Assembly (NCBI GenBank): GCA_031423635.1 | Contig: JANPFX010000083.1 | Coordinates: 5,108 to 69,107, forward strand | Source: Acidimicrobiia bacterium | GTDB taxonomy: Bacteria; Actinomycetota; Acidimicrobiia; Acidimicrobiales; JANYDT01 | DNA: 64,000 bases | Direction: 5' to 3' | Shown: positions 9,400 through 20,499 of the stretch, piece after piece | Position numbering within the stretch: the stretch's first letter is position 1 | Layout of the letters: each line of letters opens with the position of its first letter | Position numbers and translations under genes: made by a program | The notes under the pieces: generated by a model | Seen by the model: only the letters and a program-made list of their open reading frames with translations | Databases searched by the model: none | What the model was told of the DNA's origin: nothing

Positions 9400-9900
9400 A
9401 TGCACCGACCTCCACGGATCGAACCCGGCCCGGGACAGGAGTCCGTCTGGGACTATCCCCGACCGCCCCGGGTCGAACCCTCCGACGAACTCGTCGAAGT
9501 CGTCTTCGGCGGCGTGCTCATCGCCTCGACGCGACGATCGCTCCGGGTTCTCGAGACCAGCCACCCGCCTGCGTACTACCTCCCGATGGCCGACGTCTCG
9601 GCCGAGCACATCCGACCGAGCGGAACCCGGCCGACCTTCTGCGAGTGGAAGGGCCTCGCCAGCTACTTCACGTTCGTCGCCGGAGGCTACGTCGACCGGG
9701 ACTGCGCCTGGACGTACACCAACCCGACCAAGGGGTACGAAGCAATCACCGATCACCTCGCGCTCTATCCGGGCCGCATGGACGAGTGTCGGGTCAACGG
9801 CGAGATCGTCGTCGCCCAGGAGGGGGGCTTCTATGGCGGATGGATCACCAGCCGCGTTGTCGGGCCCTTCAAAGGTGGGTCCGGGACCTGGGGCTGGTGA
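9400..9900 (+). CDS. DUF427 domain protein
   Basis: VWDYPRPPRVEP...VLETSHPPAYYLPMADV...TFCEWKGLASYF...AWTYTNP. The start was moved to the ATG at 9400 in ORF 8908..9900. Confidence 0.8.
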   Translation: MHRPPRIEPGPGQESVWDYPRPPRVEPSDELVEVVFGGVLIASTRRSLRVLETSHPPAYYLPMADVSAEHIRPSGTRPTFCEWKGLASYFTFVAGGYVDRDCAWTYTNPTKGYEAITDHLALYPGRMDECRVNGEIVVAQEGGFYGGWITSRVVGPFKGGSGTWGW

Positions 9901-9923
9901 AGCGTGCACTCTGCGGTCCGCCC

Positions 9924-11210
9924 ATGACCAGCAGCGCGTGGACGACGACGGGCCCGAGCAATCCGAACCGACACGTCGGTAGGCTCCCTCAGATCCGACG
10001 GTCCCTCCCACTTCGTTCCTCTGGCCTCGCCGTACTGGTGGGCCTCGCCGGGCTTGTGGTGACGACGACCGGATGCACGTCGGCCAAAGAACCGTTGAGC
10101 ACCCCTGCCGCCACGGCATCGACGACCTCGGCGCCGACGACGACGCGACCGCCGATCACGCGGAACGCGACCATCGTGCTCGTCGTCCCCGCGAGTGGGC
10201 CGCTCGAGGGACTCGGCACAGAAGCGCGCGAGGGTCTCGAGCTCGCCATCCGACACGCCACAGAAGACGGCAAGCTTCCGGCCGACATGAACGTGCGCAT
10301 CCGCGTCCTCGACGAAAGCGCACGCAACTTCTCGCGTGCCGTCGATCGTGCCGTTCGAAGCGAGGACGTGATCGCCATCACCGGAGGACTTCTCGAGTCG
10401 ACCGAAGACGTGCTCTCCCCGCTCGCACGGCGTCGCAAGATCGCTCTCTTCACGTTCACCTGGGGACAGGGAAACGAACCGGCATCATCGGTCCGTGTCG
10501 GGCCGTCCAGGTCGAGCCTCGCGGACGAGGCGGCACGCTACATCGTCGCGGCGAATCCGAACGTTGCGTCGATCGCCCTCATCGCCACACCCGGGGCGGC
10601 GGGCTCAGTGACCATGCGTGATGCCATCGCCGCGAAGATGGCACCGGTCGACGCGGCATCTACCGGTGGACCTGTCGTCACGACCAACTCGCCCGCAGAC
10701 GTCACTCTGCTCGAGCAGGTCCCCCTCATCGTCACCGGAGACGGCGACGCGTCATTCGAACGATACGCGCGCCTACGGATTGCCCCATCTGCCGAACCAC
10801 CATCGCTCGTCGTTCCGGGCGATGCCCTCGGTTGTCGCACTGCCCCCGATGGGCTGGCCGAGGGAACCCGATGCGTCTCGCGTGGATCCTGGCACGGACC
10901 GGGCCGGGCGGCGGTCGCGTTCCGTGAGGACACCGCGGCTGCCGCGATCACACCGTCGTGGGCGACCGTGGTCGCCTATGACGCCGGCTCGCTCGTCGCT
11001 CGGATCGCCGGGCCGGCGGCCCTTACGCGTTCGGGTGCTCCGAAGGACTTGCGGGCAGCATTGCTCAAAGCGAAGACCGCCCCCATGTTCGCCACGTTCA
11101 CCGGTGTGAGCGGGCGACTGAAGCCCGGCGAGGGCTTCATCGGCAACGCTCAGGTCCTGCGATCGGAAGGTGGGGTCTGGGTCGCCGATCTCCTCGGTGC
11201 TACCGGGTGA
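9924..11210 (+). CDS. lipoprotein, periplasmic-binding-protein type I (LivK-like) fold, orphan
   Basis: Signal peptide with lipobox LVVTTTGC followed by a Thr/Pro linker. IVLVVPASGPLEGLGTEAREGLELAI resembles branched-chain amino-acid type solute-binding proteins. No ABC permease gene is adjacent. The start is the ATG at 9924 within ORF 9225..11210. Confidence 0.65.
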   Translation: MTSSAWTTTGPSNPNRHVGRLPQIRRSLPLRSSGLAVLVGLAGLVVTTTGCTSAKEPLSTPAATASTTSAPTTTRPPITRNATIVLVVPASGPLEGLGTEAREGLELAIRHATEDGKLPADMNVRIRVLDESARNFSRAVDRAVRSEDVIAITGGLLESTEDVLSPLARRRKIALFTFTWGQGNEPASSVRVGPSRSSLADEAARYIVAANPNVASIALIATPGAAGSVTMRDAIAAKMAPVDAASTGGPVVTTNSPADVTLLEQVPLIVTGDGDASFERYARLRIAPSAEPPSLVVPGDALGCRTAPDGLAEGTRCVSRGSWHGPGRAAVAFREDTAAAAITPSWATVVAYDAGSLVARIAGPAALTRSGAPKDLRAALLKAKTAPMFATFTGVSGRLKPGEGFIGNAQVLRSEGGVWVADLLGATG

Positions 11211-11892
11211 GTTCGCCGAACACCACTTCGGGCGCGTCGACCATTCCGGAGATGAACGGTCCGAACTCGCCATAGAGCGCCGAGGCCTCATCGAAGCGCA
11301 TGGTGTACACAACCTCTTTCAGGTCGGCTGGATCGTGGGCGAAGAGCGTCACACCCCATTCGTAGTCGTCCACGCCCGTCGAGCCGGTCACGAACTGGGA
11401 GATGCGTCCCGCGAACGTTCGGCCCGACGTGCCGTGATCGTGCATCAGCCGATTGCGGTCGTCGAAGGGAAGAGTGAACCAGTTGGCATCGGCGGCGCCG
11501 ACGCCACGGCGCTTCGACATCGGGTAGAAGCACACGGCGCGCATTCCTTGCGGGGGCATCGTTCCGGGGTAGAGCCGCGGCCGCGTCATCGCCTCCGGGG
11601 CTCCCTTGGCGTACTCGGACACTTCGGTGAACGACACATAGGAATCGACAAGCAGCAACCCGGCACGGCTGAGCTCGGTCTGGAGCCGGCGAAGGCGCCA
11701 CAGGTCGGGCCCCACGACCATCGTGCCGACATCGGCCTTGTGCCCGAGAGTGGCGAACGTGATCACCTGGTGATCGTCGGCGATGCACGACTTGACGGCC
11801 GACGTCGCGGCCTCGGCATCCGTGGTCGGCGTGATCTTCCAGAACAGGTGGAGAACTCCCCAACCAACCTTCGGCGACAGCGGCTCAGTCAT
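11200..11892 (-). CDS. hemQ: coproheme decarboxylase / chlorite dismutase family
   Basis: GWGVLHLFWKI...FYPMSKRR...NWFTLPFDDRNRLMHDHG...VDDYEWGVTLFAHDPADLKEVVYTMRFDEAS. The start is the ATG at 11892 (MTEPLSPK). Confidence 0.88.
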   Translation of the reverse strand: MTEPLSPKVGWGVLHLFWKITPTTDAEAATSAVKSCIADDHQVITFATLGHKADVGTMVVGPDLWRLRRLQTELSRAGLLLVDSYVSFTEVSEYAKGAPEAMTRPRLYPGTMPPQGMRAVCFYPMSKRRGVGAADANWFTLPFDDRNRLMHDHGTSGRTFAGRISQFVTGSTGVDDYEWGVTLFAHDPADLKEVVYTMRFDEASALYGEFGPFISGMVDAPEVVFGELTR

Positions 11893-11986
11893 GGCCCCCA
11901 GCGTAGGGGTCATCGATCGTTGCGTTATCGGCGCGCCGGACGCGAATCGTGCGCAAGCGCACCGATCCCGGCGCGAAACTTGCCCG

Positions 11987-13894
11987 GTGGGTGGACGAGC
12001 GTGGGCGTGGGCTGGGTGCGTCGCCATCACCGTCTCCATGATCACACCGCTCACGATGGCGGCGGCCACGGCCAACCCCGACCCCCGGACAACCAGGACC
12101 TCCGCCCCCACCACCCCGGCGTCGTCGGGCCGATGGGTCACCATCCTCGGGAGAGGCTTCGGGCATGGTGTCGGCATGGCTCAGGACGGCGCCTACTGGA
12201 TGGGACGCCAAGGTCGCTCGTCCAGAGAGATCCTCCGCCACTTCTACCCCGGCACCGCCCTGGGCTCTCGGAGCGGCACGATCCGGGTTCCTCTCGGCGG
12301 GGCGGGAACCGTCACCCTCACGCTCGGAGAGGGCGGAACCGTCGGTGGGAGACGGGTCGCACCCGGCGGCTCCGTCAGCGTGCGACCGGGTGATGGGGAA
12401 CTGATCGCCACGGTGATCGCTCCACCCGATCTGACCGGTGCGACGTCGGGATCCCGGGCTCCGGCGCTGGCGATGGAGCCGATCTCCCTCCGCCTGCAGA
12501 CGCCAACGGCTCCGGGTGACACCCCGGCCTCGACTCCGGCACTCGCGCCGGCGCTTCCGCCCCCGACCCCGCAGCTCCCGGCCACCCCATCGTCGTCAGA
12601 ACCGTCGGCCGGTGCCCTGTTCCTGCCCGGCATGCTCCCGGACCCGCCTGCCCCTTCGACAACGGAACCGGCTCCCGTCGCATCGCCGTCGGACCTGCCG
12701 ATCCCGCCGCTGAAGAACGAAGCCGAGGACCCGGCCTCGCCTCCGCCCTCCGCCACGCCCGCAGAGGGATCGCCCGACACGATGCGCGGCGACCCGATCG
12801 TCGTCACCGCGACCGATGGGGGCACCGTGACCTACGCCGGCAAGCGGTACCGGGGTTCATTCGAACTGCGCGCGCGGGACGGCATCCGCATCGTCAACGA
12901 ACTCGACGTCGAGCAGTATCTGCGCGGCATGGGGGAGATCACCGATCCGGGATGGCCTGCGGCCGCACTCGAGGCGCAGGCCATTGCCGCTCGGACGTAC
13001 GCCTTTCGTACGATGGCGTCCGCCGGAGAGGTTTGCCCGACGCAGCGCTGCCAGGTCTACGTCGGCGCTCGAGCCGAGTACGGAGCGATGGATGCCGCCG
13101 TCGCAGCGACACGAGGCAAAGTCGTGACCTACGACAACGGCAAGCTCGCCGTCACGTTCTACTCGGCGAGCGGCGGAGGGACGATCGCCACGCCCCTGGA
13201 AGCGTTCGGAGGATCCGGCGACTTCCCGTACCTGCAATCCGGTACGTACCCGACCGGCGACCTCAAGTCGTGGGTCGTCACCATGACGATCGACGAGATC
13301 GCCCGACGTGTCGGCTACCCGGGACGGGCGTCACGCGTAGAAGTGACGCAGGTCGGTCCGTCCGGTCGAGCCACGGAAGTCACCGTGGGCGGCGACGCTG
13401 CCGACCTGACGATCGATGGGCCGCGGTTCGACGCCGCCCTCGGCTTGCGCTCCACCCTGTTCACCCTGCAGCAATCGGAAACGCCCTCACTCGAGGGCCT
13501 CGGTGATGTGGACGTGCTCCGTCCGTCTGAATCTGCCCAAACCGACGATGACGGAGCGGCGAGCGAGGTGTTCGCCCAGACCGGCTTCTTCGAGTCCTCC
13601 GGTTCGTACCAGGAGCCGATGCCGTCCGCGTCCGACGCAGTGACGCCCAACTCGGTGGCGACGCCCGAGTCGGTGACTTCGGCGGAGCCGTCGCCTCGAA
13701 CCACCGCGTCGCGGCTGTCCGGACGCAGGACCGGAGACGCTTCCTCCGCCCGACCTGTCCCGGCCACCAGCAACCAAAGTCAGCAGAGCGACGGGTTCTT
13801 CGTAGGCGCGCTTACTGCAGTCGGAGCGGCCACCCTCGCCGTCACCCGGCGTTGGGTGCGCACGCGCCGAGGACGGCTCAAACGACCACGTTGA
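11987..13894 (+). CDS. SpoIID/LytB domain protein, secreted, C-terminal TM anchor (paralog 1)
   Basis: Signal-like AWAWAGCVAITVSMITPLTMAAATA is followed by GRGFGHGVGMAQDGAYWMGRQGRSSREILRHFYPGT and a Pro-rich linker. The SpoIID core then follows (VEQYLRGMGEI, ALEAQAIAARTYA, CPTQRCQVY, FYSASGGGT), ending in the anchor FFVGALTAVGAATLAV-RRWVRTRR. The start is uncertain (GTG at 11987 or ATG at 11891). Confidence 0.8.
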   Translation: MGGRAWAWAGCVAITVSMITPLTMAAATANPDPRTTRTSAPTTPASSGRWVTILGRGFGHGVGMAQDGAYWMGRQGRSSREILRHFYPGTALGSRSGTIRVPLGGAGTVTLTLGEGGTVGGRRVAPGGSVSVRPGDGELIATVIAPPDLTGATSGSRAPALAMEPISLRLQTPTAPGDTPASTPALAPALPPPTPQLPATPSSSEPSAGALFLPGMLPDPPAPSTTEPAPVASPSDLPIPPLKNEAEDPASPPPSATPAEGSPDTMRGDPIVVTATDGGTVTYAGKRYRGSFELRARDGIRIVNELDVEQYLRGMGEITDPGWPAAALEAQAIAARTYAFRTMASAGEVCPTQRCQVYVGARAEYGAMDAAVAATRGKVVTYDNGKLAVTFYSASGGGTIATPLEAFGGSGDFPYLQSGTYPTGDLKSWVVTMTIDEIARRVGYPGRASRVEVTQVGPSGRATEVTVGGDAADLTIDGPRFDAALGLRSTLFTLQQSETPSLEGLGDVDVLRPSESAQTDDDGAASEVFAQTGFFESSGSYQEPMPSASDAVTPNSVATPESVTSAEPSPRTTASRLSGRRTGDASSARPVPATSNQSQQSDGFFVGALTAVGAATLAVTRRWVRTRRGRLKRPR

Positions 13895-14774
13895 CCTGCA
13901 CAGGAAACGCGATCGACACCGTGTATCCACTGAGCACGACGCTCACCGTCGGCTGGTAGAACCCCGACACCGCACTCGCTGATGCGGAGAAGCTGACGTC
14001 GAATGACAACCCCGCGACCGACGTCTGGGAGAGCCCGACCGCGAGTCCTGTCGGCACCGAGCCGGCGCTCACGATCGCCGTACCCGAGAAGCCCGGCAGG
14101 CGATTCAGGTTCACCCGGTAGGCCACGAACGTGGCGCCGCCAGGAAGGATTGGACCGGCTAGAAGGACCTCAGCTGTTGGCGCGAACGACTGCGGAGCTC
14201 CGGGCGCAACCGTCGTTGTCGTCACCGCGGGTGCCGTCGTGTCGACCACGAGTTCCAAGGCGAGGGTCGCGGATGTTCCGCCCCCGATGGCGGTGACGAG
14301 GAATGATTGATACCCCCCAGGAGTGATTCCGGCCGTCGTCGTCAGGGTCATCGTCGTCGTCGAGGTCGTCGGGTTCGTTGCAAGAACCGCGCGGACACCG
14401 GCAGGGAGACCGCTCACGCTCAAGGTGGTCGGTTCCGTCGATCGCGATTTCGCGGTCAGCAGGTAGGTCGCGCTGCCCCCCGGAACGGCAAGCCGTCGAG
14501 GAACGTCGCTCGAAATGGTGAGCCCCGGCTGGGCAACCGTCGTCGGGGGTGCGGTGGTCACCGCGGCCGTGGTCGGTGGGAGCGGCTGCGGAGCGGGCGC
14601 AGTCGTCGGCGGGAGAGGGATGACCTTCGGCGCGACCGGTCGTTTCGCCGTTCGTTTCTTGGTGGCGGCGTCCGCCGAAGGGACAGCGATCAGGCCCAGC
14701 ACAATCATGGCTGCGACGCCGGCCTGCAAAACACGGACACGCGAACGAAAACTGGAATGGACCAGAGTGATCAT
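13878..14774 (-). CDS. secreted two-domain beta-sandwich (CARDB/NEW3-like) protein, paralog A
   Basis: A signal peptide (VAAMIVLGLIAVPSADA) is followed by a basic tract (TKKRTAKRP) and a Pro/Thr linker. Two repeats of the type LSVSGLPAGVRAVLATNP...GYQSFLVTA then follow. Confidence 0.7.
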   Translation of the reverse strand: MITLVHSSFRSRVRVLQAGVAAMIVLGLIAVPSADAATKKRTAKRPVAPKVIPLPPTTAPAPQPLPPTTAAVTTAPPTTVAQPGLTISSDVPRRLAVPGGSATYLLTAKSRSTEPTTLSVSGLPAGVRAVLATNPTTSTTTMTLTTTAGITPGGYQSFLVTAIGGGTSATLALELVVDTTAPAVTTTTVAPGAPQSFAPTAEVLLAGPILPGGATFVAYRVNLNRLPGFSGTAIVSAGSVPTGLAVGLSQTSVAGLSFDVSFSASASAVSGFYQPTVSVVLSGYTVSIAFPVQVNVVV

Positions 14775-14870
14775 GCACTCCACCGTATGCGAACGAACGA
14801 TCCGGCGTCACCCCTCGACCGAGCCGCGAATGTGGAACGGAGGCGTTGCAGCACGCGCTCGCTGCGCCGG

Positions 14871-15878
14871 TCAGCCGATGACGAGGGTGACTTCGCCTGA
14901 CTTCTTCAGACCTTTGGAGATGCCGGTGATGGTGAACGGATAGCGACCCGGACGCATCGCCACCGTCGAACTGAGCCACAGCACCGTCCTCTTCGTGCTG
15001 ACCTTCTCGGAGAAGCCGTGCCACACGCCGTCGGGCAGTCCGGACACGAAGTACTCGATGGACCCGTTGTAGCCGGTGTCGTAGATCGGTTCGATCTCGT
15101 ACTGCACCTGCCCACCCGTGACCAACGTCCTCCCATCACCGGTGACCCGGAAGCCGAACGACGGAGCGAGTCCGGAGGGGTCGATCGTCGAGGTCGTCGT
15201 CGAACCGGCCACGCTCGTCACGCGGAGGGTCATCGTCGCCCAGGCCTGGGCACCAGCGAAGGACCCGATGACGCGGAGCGGATAGTCGGCAGGCACTGCG
15301 TTCGACGGAACGTCGATACGCAGGACCGCAAGACCCGTCGCCGGATTCGGACTCAGGGTGGCCGCCATTCCACCTGGGAGGCCGACGAGGCTGAGCGCGA
15401 TCGGATTCGATGCCCCCCGTTGGGCGATCACGATGGAGAACGCGACCGTCGACCCGACAACCGCTTCGGCCCGATCATTGACCGCCACCACCTCGAACGG
15501 TGCGATGGCGAGAGGCGGCACCGTGGTCGTCGGTGCTGAAGTGGTCGGCGCGGACGGAGGAGGTGAAGTCGACGTCGGCGGCACCGGAGGGACCGTCGTC
15601 GTCGGTGCCGGGGCGGTGATGGTGACTCCGGCGACCTGGGTCGGCACAAACCTGACCGTCGTCCGCGCGGGCTTCTCCGGGGTCTTGGTCGTCCGCTTCA
15701 GGGTCTTCTTCGTCGGACGTTTCAAGGTGGTCGAGGCCTTGGGCGTCGCGGACGCACCCGATACGGCCGACGGCGGCGTCACGAGAAACGTCAACACGGC
15801 GATCGCTGCGAGCGTCGCGACGGACCGCCGGGTACGGACACCCGACCGAGAGAAACGACGCAGATCCACGCCCACCAT
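14871..15878 (-). CDS. secreted two-domain beta-sandwich (CARDB/NEW3-like) protein, paralog B
   Basis: A signal peptide (VATLAAIAVLTFLVTPPSAVSGA) is followed by a K/T-rich tract (LKRPTKKTLKRTTKTPEKP) and a Pro/Thr linker. Then come SLVGLPGGMAATLSPNP...DYPLRVIG and a second domain. The start was set at MVGVDLRRF (15878). Confidence 0.7.
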   Translation of the reverse strand: MVGVDLRRFSRSGVRTRRSVATLAAIAVLTFLVTPPSAVSGASATPKASTTLKRPTKKTLKRTTKTPEKPARTTVRFVPTQVAGVTITAPAPTTTVPPVPPTSTSPPPSAPTTSAPTTTVPPLAIAPFEVVAVNDRAEAVVGSTVAFSIVIAQRGASNPIALSLVGLPGGMAATLSPNPATGLAVLRIDVPSNAVPADYPLRVIGSFAGAQAWATMTLRVTSVAGSTTTSTIDPSGLAPSFGFRVTGDGRTLVTGGQVQYEIEPIYDTGYNGSIEYFVSGLPDGVWHGFSEKVSTKRTVLWLSSTVAMRPGRYPFTITGISKGLKKSGEVTLVIG

Positions 15879-15966
15879 CGTCTCGCGAACGTGAGCGGAA
15901 TGGTCGGATTGCCGTATGCGCGCGTAGCGCCGCGGAGACTCGCTGCGCTGATGTCGCAACGACAAA

Positions 15967-15994
15967 CCGCCGCCGTCTCGAGAGACGGCGGCGG
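15967..15994 (-). terminator. GC-rich hairpin downstream of groEL
   Basis: CCGCCGCCGTCTC-GA-GAGACGGCGGCGG, followed on the minus strand by TTTGTC. It lies 49 nt after the groEL stop. Confidence 0.6.
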
Positions 15995-16042
15995 CTCAGA
16001 TGCTCGGAACTGCTGGCCGGAAGATTCGGCCAGCGCGTGCCG

Positions 16043-17782
<1,740 letters not shown>

Positions 17783-17804
17783 CTACTCGCTCGCTGGGCA
17801 TTCG

Positions 17805-17831
17805 TTGGCAGACGACACCGTCGAGTGCCAA
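17805..17831. promoter_or_regulatory. CIRCE-like element 2 (degenerate left arm)
   Basis: TTGGCAGAC-N9-GAGTGCCAA, with 7 of 9 positions symmetric. It lies 51 nt upstream of element 1. Confidence 0.6.
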
Positions 17832-17843
17832 CGCGGTGATCCC

Positions 17844-18872
17844 TCAGGGCAGGAGGTCGGAGACGACCTCGCGTACGCATCGCAGCGGCGCGTTCCAGGC
17901 TTGAGCTGCCCCGAAGCGCTCGGTGAGGGACACCACGGAGATCATCGACGCGTCCAGCGATGACGGGAGCACGAAATCCTCGCCGAGGTCGCCGGCGATG
18001 ACGACAACCGGGACACCGGCATCGCGAGCGAGTTCACAGACACCCCCGACGACCTTGCCGTTGAACGACTCCGTATCGCAGCGCCCTTCGCCGGTGTAAA
18101 CGATGTCAGCAGCGGCTATGGCGTCCACGAGGCCGACCTCCTCGGCGACGAACGAGAAGCCGGAGGTGACACGGGCACCGATGCTGACCAGCGCTCCGGC
18201 AAGCCCGCCCGCCGCGCCGGTCCCCGGAATCGACCGGATGTCGATGCCGCGCTCGAGAACATAGCGATCGGCGAGTTGTTCGAGCCGACGGGTCAGCAGA
18301 CCGACCTGCGCCGGTGACGCTCCCTTCTGCGGACCGAAGTCGGTGGCCGCCCCGGTGAACGTCGTCTGGACATCGCAGGCGACGAGAAAGTCGACGCCAC
18401 GGAACCGGGCCAGAGGCGCCATCGCGTTCAAGGCGCCAAGGCCACCGTCGGTCGTAGCCGAGCCGCCGAGGGTGACGACGATGCGTTTTGCTCCGGCGAC
18501 GAGGGCTTCGGCAATGAGCTGGCCGGTTCCGTAGGTCGTCGCATCGAGTGGACGATTCCGGTCCGGTCCACCGACCAAGTCGAGCCCCGACGCCTGGGCC
18601 ATCTCGATGATGGCTGTGCGATCCCGCATCAACCACACCGCCTCGACCGGCTCACCCAGCGGGCCAGTCACGGTCGATCGGCGAAGCCGGCCGCCCTGCG
18701 CCGACAGTGCGCCGATGGTCCCCTCACCCCCGTCCGCCATGGGACGGACCAACGCCTCGAGGCCTCGCTCCCAGGCGACGTCAGCGACCACCCGGCACAG
18801 GTCCGAAGCGGATGCCGTGGAGCGGAACTTGTCGAAGCACGCCAGGACGACAGGCGTCGCCGGCGTCGGCAT
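17844..18872 (-). CDS. glycerate kinase
   Basis: CFDKFRSTASA...PMADGGEGT...GGSATTDGGLGAL...ACDVQTTFTG...FGPQKGA...GTGAAGGLAGAL...ADIVYTGEGRCDTESFNGKVVGGV. The start is the ATG at 18872, 4 nt after the upstream stop. Confidence 0.88.
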   Translation of the reverse strand: MPTPATPVVLACFDKFRSTASASDLCRVVADVAWERGLEALVRPMADGGEGTIGALSAQGGRLRRSTVTGPLGEPVEAVWLMRDRTAIIEMAQASGLDLVGGPDRNRPLDATTYGTGQLIAEALVAGAKRIVVTLGGSATTDGGLGALNAMAPLARFRGVDFLVACDVQTTFTGAATDFGPQKGASPAQVGLLTRRLEQLADRYVLERGIDIRSIPGTGAAGGLAGALVSIGARVTSGFSFVAEEVGLVDAIAAADIVYTGEGRCDTESFNGKVVGGVCELARDAGVPVVVIAGDLGEDFVLPSSLDASMISVVSLTERFGAAQAWNAPLRCVREVVSDLLP

Positions 18873-18876
18873 CGGT

Positions 18877-19524
18877 CTAGGCGCCGGCGACCGGTCCCGC
18901 CGTCGCCGTGGGCGCGTTGCCGCTTCCGGTCTGGGCAGCGAACCGGTCGGCCATCGCGGCGTCGACGACGACGAGAATGTCGTAGGGCTCGGCGACGGTG
19001 ATCCCGGTCTTGACCGGCGGGGGCACGGGCATGGCGCCGATGGATCCGGTGATCCCCAGCAACGTCGCGATGTCCGACGCCTCGACCTGGAAATCGGCGT
19101 TGAAGTACACGACGCCACTCAGGGTGGACGAGTTCGCATCGACGGATTTGCGCAGGTTGTACTGATTCGTCTTCAGGTAGTCGGCAACCCGCGACGCTGC
19201 CCGGTTCTTGCCCGATCCGTTGATCACGAGCACGTTCACGAGCGCCGGAGCCCGCCGCGTGACCGCCGGGGTCGAGGCAGGCGTGGTCACCACGGCACCT
19301 GCTGCGTCGGTCGTCAGCGCTGCGCTGTCGTCGACCGGAGCCTCGGTGTCGTTCGATGCGGCCGACGGGGAGTCGATCACCAGTTTCGGGGTGTCGTTCA
19401 CCCCCCGGAGGAGGAGCAGACCGAGCACCAGTGCACCGAGGAGCAGGAGGAGGCCACGCGCCGCCGCCTGACCGGCCGAGCGGCCGTACGACGAGTCTGC
19501 GTTGGTTTGACGCCCTTGGCTCAT
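18877..19524 (-). CDS. LytR_C domain membrane protein
   Basis: An N-terminal TM (GLLLLLGALVLGLLLL) is followed by VLVINGSGKNRAASRVADYLKTNQYNL, typical of the LytR C-terminal domain. The start is MSQGRQ (19524). Confidence 0.75.
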   Translation of the reverse strand: MSQGRQTNADSSYGRSAGQAAARGLLLLLGALVLGLLLLRGVNDTPKLVIDSPSAASNDTEAPVDDSAALTTDAAGAVVTTPASTPAVTRRAPALVNVLVINGSGKNRAASRVADYLKTNQYNLRKSVDANSSTLSGVVYFNADFQVEASDIATLLGITGSIGAMPVPPPVKTGITVAEPYDILVVVDAAMADRFAAQTGSGNAPTATAGPVAGA

Positions 19525-19654
19525 GGGTGACCTCTTGTCTTCGTGACGCCCGCAGGCGTACCCCAAAACGAGGAGCCTACCGATCGCCAGCAGGCGCCGG
19601 ACGGATTCGGTCAGGAGTGTGGCGGATTGTCGACGACGAGACCGCGCCGCCAAC

Positions 19655-19696
19655 GGAGCCGAGTGTCAGATTTGAACTGATGACCTGCTGTTTACA
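19655..19696 (-). repeat. direct repeat of the 3' half of tRNA-Thr (att remnant)
   Basis: 41/42 identity to 20940..20981, in the same orientation. It covers the tRNA from anticodon position 34 to the CC of the 3' end. The single mismatch (19681 T vs 20966 C) would break the T-stem. Confidence 0.85.
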
Positions 19697-19911
19697 CGGG
19701 AGACTTGGCCCATGCCGGCTGATGTCGTTCCGTTCTCTCCAATCCGCTGACCAGCGGTTACTCGCATCTTATGCGTACGTAGCACCACTCGCCGGACTGG
19801 TTGAAACGCAGCGGATTGATACATTCGAGATACATCGACGTTCATCGATCCGTGCGGCGCGTCCGCTCACCACACCACGGGCCCCGACGTCATCGCCGGG
19901 ACCTTTCCGAG

Positions 19912-20241
19912 CTACGGAGCAGCGTCGGTGACGATCTCCGATGCCACGTCTCGCCGGACGTGGAGAACGCGCCACACTTCGCTGCGCTCTTCGGCGATCA
20001 CGTAGAACACGAGATACGGGAACCGGGTCAACGGACGGGCGCGCAGATCGGCTATATCGAGTTCGTAGGCGAAGCGGAGACTTCCCGCCTGGGGGGAGCG
20101 TGCGATCTGGCCGAGAACCCGCTCAACCGCGTCAACGAATCGCAACGCAACGTCGCCACCTGCTTCGGCGAGGTAGTAGTCGGCGGCCGCGTCGATATCC
20201 GTCGCCGCTGCCGCTCGCAGGTGGACGGACTTCTCCGACAT
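19912..20241 (-). CDS. parE: type II toxin, ParE/RelE family
   Basis: AAATDIDAAADYYLAEAG...RFVDAVERVLGQIARSPQAG...FPYLVFYVIAEERSEVWRVLHVRRD. It starts 5 nt after the antitoxin stop. Confidence 0.85.
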   Translation of the reverse strand: MSEKSVHLRAAAATDIDAAADYYLAEAGGDVALRFVDAVERVLGQIARSPQAGSLRFAYELDIADLRARPLTRFPYLVFYVIAEERSEVWRVLHVRRDVASEIVTDAAP

Positions 20242-20246
20242 TCGAA

Positions 20247-20480
20247 TCAGCCCGCAGTTCGAATCCGCCCGCGCACTGCCTCGAAGTACGACGAATCAGC
20301 AATCGGACCCGGAGCCGACGCGGCACCATCGAGAAGCGCACGTCGAAGCTGCTGACGGTCTTTGTCTCGGCGGATGAGATCACGCACATACTCGCTCGTC
20401 GACCCATAACCGCCCGCTCCGACCTGATCATCGACGTAGGCCTTGAGCTCATCAGGGAGCGACACGTTCATGGTCGACAT
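20247..20480 (-). CDS. parD: type II antitoxin, ParD/CopG ribbon-helix-helix family
   Basis: MSTMNVSLPDELKAYVDDQVGAGGYGSTSEYVRDLIRRDKDRQQLRRALLDG. Confidence 0.85.
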   Translation of the reverse strand: MSTMNVSLPDELKAYVDDQVGAGGYGSTSEYVRDLIRRDKDRQQLRRALLDGAASAPGPIADSSYFEAVRGRIRTAG

Positions 20481-20499
20481 GTGAGGATTCTACCGCCTT

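Noticed and set aside
9225-9923. The long N-terminal extension of the solute-binding lipoprotein ORF, and the extension of the DUF427 ORF (8908..9399).
   Set aside because: The extensions overlap better-supported genes and are Arg/Pro-rich. Internal ATGs give sensible signal-peptide or domain starts.
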